NCBI GenBank assembly: GCA_963744995.1
Contig: CAVUWA010000010.1
Span: 288,001-352,000, forward strand
Direction: 5' to 3'
DNA: 64,000 nt
DNA from: Candidatus Eiseniibacteriota bacterium
Lineage (GTDB): Bacteria > Eisenbacteria > RBG-16-71-46
Shown here: positions 59,102-64,000 of the stretch, piece after piece
Numbering within the stretch: the stretch's first letter is position 1
Layout of the letters: each line of letters begins with the position of its first letter
Program-made: the position numbers and the translations under genes
The notes under the pieces: generated by a model
What the model saw: the letters and a program-made list of their open reading frames with translations, nothing else
What the model was told of the DNA's origin: nothing
The model's database searches: none

Positions 59102-60904
59102 CTACTCCACGACCTTCAGTCCCAGCTCCCGCATCGTCTCCGGCTCGATCGCGCCGGGCGAGCCATCCATCAGACACGCCGCACTCGCGCTCTTCGGGAA
59201 CGCGATGGTGTCGCGGATCGACTCGCGCCCCGCCATCAGCATGATGACCCGATCGAGACCGATGCCGATGCCGCCGTGCGGCGGCGAGGCGTAGCGGTAG
59301 GCGTCGATCAGGAAGCCGAACTTTTCCTGCATCTCCTCGGGGCTGAAGCCCACCACCTTCATCACGCGCTGCTGGATGTCCGGGCGATGGATGCGCACCG
59401 AACCGGAACCCAGCTCGTGACCGTTCAGGACCAGATCGTAGAGCTGCGCGTGCACCTTCCCCGGATCGCTCTCGAGCAGATCCATGTGCCCGGGATTCGG
59501 CATCGTGAACATGTGGTGGCGCGGCGCCCAGCGCCGGTGGTCGGCGTCCCATTCGAACAGCGGAAAGTCGCGCACCCACAGGAAGCGCCAGTCGGGGCCC
59601 ATGTCCTTGACCAGCGGCTGCCCGAGCTGCGTGCGCAGCACGCCGAGCGCCTTGAGCGTCGGCTCCCACGGGCCGGAGGTGAACAGCACGGCATCGCCCT
59701 GCTTCGCTTTCACGGTCTCGAAGAACTCTTCGAGCAGCGCATCCGGGAAGATCTTCAGCTGCCTGTCGCGCTCGGCCGGCAGCACCTTGAAGAAGGTCAG
59801 TCCACCGCCGCCGGCCGCTTTCACGACGTCCTCGTACTTCCTGAGCTGCGTTCCCGAGATCTCCGCGCCACCCGGTACGACCAGCGCGACGCCGACGCCG
59901 TCCGCCATCGTCGCACCGCCCGCGACGACGTGGCGCGGCGACTTCGCCAGCACGGCCGTGCAGTCGACGAACTCGAGACCGAACCGCGTGTCGGGCTTGT
60001 CCGAGCCGTAGCGCAGCATCGCCTCGCGGAACGTCATGCGCGGGAACGGCCGCGGCAGCTCGACCCCGAGGCACTCCTTCCACATCGCGTGGAACACGCC
60101 TTCGACGACCCCGAACACGTCCTCCTCGCTCGCGAAGCTCATCTCGAGATCGATCTGCGTGTGTTCGGGCTGGCGATCGGCGCGCAGATCCTCGTCGCGC
60201 AGGCAGCGCGCGAGCTGGAAATAGCGGTCGAGGCCCGAAATCATGAGCGTCTGCTTGTAGAGCTGAGGCGACTGCGGCAGCGCGTAGAACCGGCCATGGT
60301 GCACGCGGCTCGGCACGACGTAGTCGCGCGCCCCTTCGGGGGTCGGCCTGACCAGCACCGGCGTCTCGACTTCGAGGAAACCCTGGCCCGACAGGTGCGT
60401 GCGCGCGGTCATCGTCGCCCGGTGGCGCAACGCGAGCACGCTCGAGAGCTCCGGCCGGCGCAGGTCGAGGAATCGGTACCTGAGCCGCAGGTCCTCGCTC
60501 GCCAGGTGCTGCGCCTCGTTCACCTGGAACGGCAGCGGATCCGACGCCGAGAGCATCTTCATCTCGCGCACGTCCACCTCGATCTCGCCGGTGTCGAGTT
60601 CGGGGTTCAGCGCGTCGGCGGGGCGCTTCATCACCATGCCGCGCACCGCGATCACCCACTCGCTGCCGAGGTGCGAGGCGCGCTCGAGCAGCGCGGCCCC
60701 GCCCGAGTCGGGATGGAACACGATCTGCGTGAGCCCGAAGCGGTCGCGCAGATCGATGAACAGCACGCCGCCGTGGTCGCGCTCCCGATGCACCCAGCCC
60801 ATGAGGATCACGTCCTCGCCGGCGTCGCCTGCGCGCAGCTCGCCACACGTGTGGCTGCGCCGCCAGTCCCCCATGTCCTCCAGGCCCCTCGCCGTCTCGT
60901 TCAT
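59102..60904 (-). CDS. aspS: Aspartate--tRNA ligase
   Basis: RSHTCGEL, RDHGGVLFIDLRD, TPEGARDY, ALPQSPQLYKQ, RDEDLRADRQPE, PPHGGIGIGLDR. Confidence 0.97.
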   Translation of the reverse strand: MNETARGLEDMGDWRRSHTCGELRAGDAGEDVILMGWVHRERDHGGVLFIDLRDRFGLTQIVFHPDSGGAALLERASHLGSEWVIAVRGMVMKRPADALNPELDTGEIEVDVREMKMLSASDPLPFQVNEAQHLASEDLRLRYRFLDLRRPELSSVLALRHRATMTARTHLSGQGFLEVETPVLVRPTPEGARDYVVPSRVHHGRFYALPQSPQLYKQTLMISGLDRYFQLARCLRDEDLRADRQPEHTQIDLEMSFASEEDVFGVVEGVFHAMWKECLGVELPRPFPRMTFREAMLRYGSDKPDTRFGLEFVDCTAVLAKSPRHVVAGGATMADGVGVALVVPGGAEISGTQLRKYEDVVKAAGGGGLTFFKVLPAERDRQLKIFPDALLEEFFETVKAKQGDAVLFTSGPWEPTLKALGVLRTQLGQPLVKDMGPDWRFLWVRDFPLFEWDADHRRWAPRHHMFTMPNPGHMDLLESDPGKVHAQLYDLVLNGHELGSGSVRIHRPDIQQRVMKVVGFSPEEMQEKFGFLIDAYRYASPPHGGIGIGLDRVIMLMAGRESIRDTIAFPKSASAACLMDGSPGAIEPETMRELGLKVVE

Positions 60905-62205
60905 TCCGCGCCCACCTCGCCCGTCAGTCCCATGATCCGATCGAGCCGCTCGGGGAGCGCCTCGAGGATGACCGTTTCCTGCGTGCCGTGTTTCATGTCG
61001 CGCACCACCACTTCGCCGCGCTTCCACTCGTCCTCGCCCAGCACCACAACGGCGGCCGCGCCGCGGCGGTCCGCGGCCTTCATCTGCGCCGACGTGCTGC
61101 GCGCCTCGAGGTCGAACTCTACCGCGTACGCCTGTCGGAGCGCGCGGGCCAGCGGATGCACGAAGTGCCGTGTCGCGTCCATCGTCACCACGAACACCAG
61201 CGGCGGCGGCGGATCGCCCTCCACCCCGCGCTCGGCCAGCACCAGCATGGCGCGATCGAGCCCGATCGAGAACCCGACCCCCGGCGTCGGCGGCCCGCCG
61301 AGCGCTTCGATGAGGCCGTCGTAGCGGCCGCCGCCACCGAGCGCGCTCTGCGCGCCGAGCGAACGGTCGTGCACCTCGAACGCCGTGTGCGTGTAGTAGT
61401 CGAGCCCGCGCACCAGCCCGTGATCCACCTCGTAGTCGATGCCCAGCACCTCGAGCCCTTCGCACACCGCGCGCCAGTGCGCCGCCGCTCCCGCGTCGAG
61501 CGCATCGATCAGCCGCGGCAGCGGACCGAGGTCGCCCTCCTTGCCCGAAAGGAACGCGAGGTCGCCCGCGTCCTTCGTGTCGAGCACGCGCATCGGGTTC
61601 ACCTCGAGCCGCTGCCGCGAGTCCGCGCTCAGCCGCTCGCGCACGGGGTGGAGCCACGCGCGCAGCCGCTCGCCGTAGGCGGCGCGGGTCGCCGGCGTGC
61701 CGACGCTGTTGACCGCGACCGTGAGGTTCTCGAAACCCCAAGCCTCGAACACGTCGACGAACAGGGCAATCATTTCGACGTCGGCATCCGGCGCGGCGAC
61801 ACCGATGCACTCGGCGCCGATCTGGGAGAACTGGCGGTAGCGCCCTTTCTGCGGGCGCCCGTAGCGCAGCATCGGACCGGCGTACCAGAGCCGGTGTTCC
61901 TTGCCGCGGCCCGACATCGCGTGTTCGAGATAGGCTCGGCACACACTGGCGGTGCCTTCCGGCCGCAGCGCCAGGTCGCGGCCCTTGAGGTCCTGGAAGC
62001 GGTACATCTCCTTCTGCACGACGTCGCTGCTCTCCCCGGAGGTGCGGGCGAACAGCTCGTAGTCCTCGAAGATCGGGGTGCGGATCTCGGCGTAGCCGTA
62101 GCGCTCGAGCACCTCGCGCGCGAGCCGTTCGGCCCACTGCCAGCGGCGGAGCTCGTCCGGGAGCAGATCCCGCGTCCCGCGCGGCGCCTGGTATTTCAGA
62201 CCCAT
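60901..62205 (-). CDS. hisS: Histidine--tRNA ligase
   Basis: RGTRD, LRPEGTA, RPQKGRYRQF.Q, LVRGLDYY, GGGRYD. Confidence 0.97.
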   Translation of the reverse strand: MGLKYQAPRGTRDLLPDELRRWQWAERLAREVLERYGYAEIRTPIFEDYELFARTSGESSDVVQKEMYRFQDLKGRDLALRPEGTASVCRAYLEHAMSGRGKEHRLWYAGPMLRYGRPQKGRYRQFSQIGAECIGVAAPDADVEMIALFVDVFEAWGFENLTVAVNSVGTPATRAAYGERLRAWLHPVRERLSADSRQRLEVNPMRVLDTKDAGDLAFLSGKEGDLGPLPRLIDALDAGAAAHWRAVCEGLEVLGIDYEVDHGLVRGLDYYTHTAFEVHDRSLGAQSALGGGGRYDGLIEALGGPPTPGVGFSIGLDRAMLVLAERGVEGDPPPPLVFVVTMDATRHFVHPLARALRQAYAVEFDLEARSTSAQMKAADRRGAAAVVVLGEDEWKRGEVVVRDMKHGTQETVILEALPERLDRIMGLTGEVGAE

Positions 62206-62247
62206 CGATCCTCTCGTGCGCCTGTCCGCGCACCGTTCGAGCCGCGT

Positions 62248-62634
62248 TCAGTCACGGGTGAACGCCATGTACAGGGTCACTGCCACGATCACGCCGGCGA
62301 CGTCGGCCATCGCATCGAGATGGCTCGACTGCCGGCCCGGCACGTACGACTGGAAGATCTCGTCGCCGGTCGCCATGACGATTCCGAATGCCAGCGTCTC
62401 GAGCCCCGCCACCAGCGGGTCGCGTCTGCGCAGGCTGACCCGCAGCGCCCGCACCGTGACGAAGCCGAGCCCGCCGTACTCCAGCAGGTGGATCCACTTG
62501 TCGGCGTTTTCGAACTGGAGCGGCGGCTTGAGATTCGGCTGGGCGCTCAGCGTGATGATCAGCGCGACGTACGCCAGCACCGGGAGCCAGTACTCGAAGA
62601 ACATCCGCGTCCGGCTCTTTTCGGCCCGCGCCAA
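62248..62634 (-). CDS. VanZ family membrane protein
   Basis: DKWIHLLEY, DEIFQSYVPGR..S..D..AD; TTG start after GGAGG. Confidence 0.88.
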   Translation of the reverse strand: MARAEKSRTRMFFEYWLPVLAYVALIITLSAQPNLKPPLQFENADKWIHLLEYGGLGFVTVRALRVSLRRRDPLVAGLETLAFGIVMATGDEIFQSYVPGRQSSHLDAMADVAGVIVAVTLYMAFTRD

Positions 62635-62778
62635 TCTGCCTCCATGACCCTCGAAGCCCGGTTCCGCCCGCGGCCCGACCGGCGCCACGGCATGAAAGTG
62701 CGGCAGAATAGCACGCGGTTCCCGCAGCGGCCATCGGCGCCCCCTGCCGGCGCTCGTGCATTTTTCCGCCGCGCCCGC

Positions 62779-62807
62779 TTGACGCGCCCGCGCGGCACTT
62801 TTAGATT
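62779..62807 (+). promoter_or_regulatory. Sigma70 promoter of tRNA-Lys
   Basis: TTGACG-17 bp-TAGATT followed by GC-rich discriminator. Confidence 0.7.
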
Positions 62808-62850
62808 AGCGCGCCGTTTGTGACGCCAGCGATGGCGTCCGCCGTGTGTT

Positions 62851-62926
62851 GCGCCGCTAGCTCAATTGGTAGAGCAGCAGACTCTTAATCTGTTGGTTCG
62901 GGGTTCAAGTCCCTGGCGGCGCACCA
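62851..62926 (+). tRNA. tRNA-Lys (anticodon CTT)
   Basis: 76 nt, acceptor GCGCCGC/GCGGCGC, D arm AGCTCAATTGGTAGAGC, anticodon loop CTCTTAA, T loop GGTTCAAGTCC, encoded CCA. Confidence 0.97.
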
Positions 62927-62964
62927 TTTCCCCTTTGCTTCCGCGTACGGCGCCCGCGCGCCGT

Positions 62965-64000
62965 TCAGCCGCGCAGCGCGCCGCCGGTGAGCCAGACGCC
63001 GCCCAGCGCCAGCAACCCGGCGCCCGAGGCGACCAGCACGGCCCGCACCGGCCACGGCACGCTGGCCTCGGGCGCTGCGAACCGCGCCGGCACGCCGAGC
63101 GTCTCGCGCAGCTGCCGCATCGCCACGGTGAACGCGGTGAGCCAGGCGCCGACCAGCGCGAGCAGCGTCCAGCCCTGCCCCGCATCGGCCAGCCCGCGCG
63201 CGACCTCCAGCCACAGACGGCCGCCCGGCGTGCCCGGCACGCCCGCCAGTGACATCATCGAGTAGAGGCCGAGCGCGGCGACCCACGGGTGGCGGCGGTA
63301 GACGGCCGGCGCGTCCTGCACCGCCCCCGACGACACCGGCAGCAGCCGCGCCAGCAGCCCGGCCCCGGTGAGCGCGAGCACCGTGTGCGCAACCCATGCG
63401 CCCGAGGCCGGATCGAGCGGCGCCGAGGACGACGGACGGGCGTTCAGCATCGCGCACATCGCGAGCGCGCCGTTCAGACTCGCGAGCGTGCCGACGCGGC
63501 GCTCGGGCCGGCGCTGCATCGCCAGCGTCGCCGCTCCCGCCACGAGCGCCACGAGCGCCGCGATCTCGAGCAGGCTCTGCGCGATCGCGGCGCCGGCCGG
63601 GAACGCCTCGATACCGTCGGTGCGCACCCGCAGCCAGCGCGCGCCGATCGCCTGCAGGGCCGCCACCGCGAACGGGCCGAGCCACGGCTTCGCCCCCTGC
63701 GTCACGTCGGCCACCCAGAAGTGGAACGGCGCCCCACCGAGCAGCACCAGCCCCACCAGCAGCGACAGCGGCAGCGCGGTGCTCCACAGGAACGGCCGGT
63801 CGAGCCCCAGCTGCAGCACCGCCCACTGCTCGTGGACGTAGGCCGTGCCGGTCGCGAGCGTCAGCAGTTCGAGTCCGGCCCACGACAGCGCCAGCGCCGG
63901 CAGCACCACCCACATCATCTTGAGCGCGCACTCGCTGTGCAGCGGATCGTCGCGGTCACGGGCGAGCAGCGCGATCACCAGCCCGGTCGCGAGCGCCGCC
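62965..64000 (-). CDS. NuoN-like (Proton_antipo_M) membrane protein, divergent, 5'-truncated by window end
   Basis: SECALK, APFHFWVADVTQGA, SLAGVP motifs in NuoN order. Confidence 0.75.
   Translation of the reverse strand, partial: AALATGLVIALLARDRDDPLHSECALKMMWVVLPALALSWAGLELLTLATGTAYVHEQWAVLQLGLDRPFLWSTALPLSLLVGLVLLGGAPFHFWVADVTQGAKPWLGPFAVAALQAIGARWLRVRTDGIEAFPAGAAIAQSLLEIAALVALVAGAATLAMQRRPERRVGTLASLNGALAMCAMLNARPSSSAPLDPASGAWVAHTVLALTGAGLLARLLPVSSGAVQDAPAVYRRHPWVAALGLYSMMSLAGVPGTPGGRLWLEVARGLADAGQGWTLLALVGAWLTAFTVAMRQLRETLGVPARFAAPEASVPWPVRAVLVASGAGLLALGGVWLTGGALRG

Noticed and set aside
60560..60810. Calling aspS non-discriminating
   Set aside because: The His in DHGG fits, but the second diagnostic Gly position appears to be Asp; unresolved without alignment
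62851..62965. tRNA-Lys as an island integration site
   Set aside because: No integrase or duplicated tRNA 3' end seen in the window

Overview
Very GC-rich bacterial chromosomal window (about 70% GC by eye) with no CRISPR array, transposase, integrase or prophage gene recognisable. The organism is diderm. Outer-membrane beta-barrels, T9SS/FlgD-like C-terminal domains and a C-terminal 'SWGxxKxxYR' tail suggest an FCB-group lineage such as Ca. Eisenbacteria (inference only). Contents in order: a pyrimidine operon (pyrB, frameshifted pyrC, carA, partial carB) with a PyrR-type RNA element over the pyrB RBS; a hybrid kinase; the phoH-7TM/HD-ybeY-DUF502-recO-glyQ-glyS-pyrR block with a long structured leader; an FG-GAP secreted protein; a coupled run of biotin carboxylase/BCCP, GT-C, GH113, OM barrel and AI-2E genes; dispersed leucine-catabolism genes mixed with secreted proteins; an envelope region (ECF sigma, anti-sigma, two DUF4097, then membrane protein, wHTH, uppS and a GT-C-like gene with an operator palindrome); a putative sigma54 redox module (USP, acyl-CoA ligase, MFS, Cys4-PAS kinase, NtrC-type activator, pseudo-receiver); DUF547, a third DUF4097 and a Ser/Thr kinase; GH15-GH63-SGNH; aspS, hisS, vanZ, tRNA-Lys(CTT) and a degenerate NuoN-like gene. 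All calls come from motif reading; no database searches were run.
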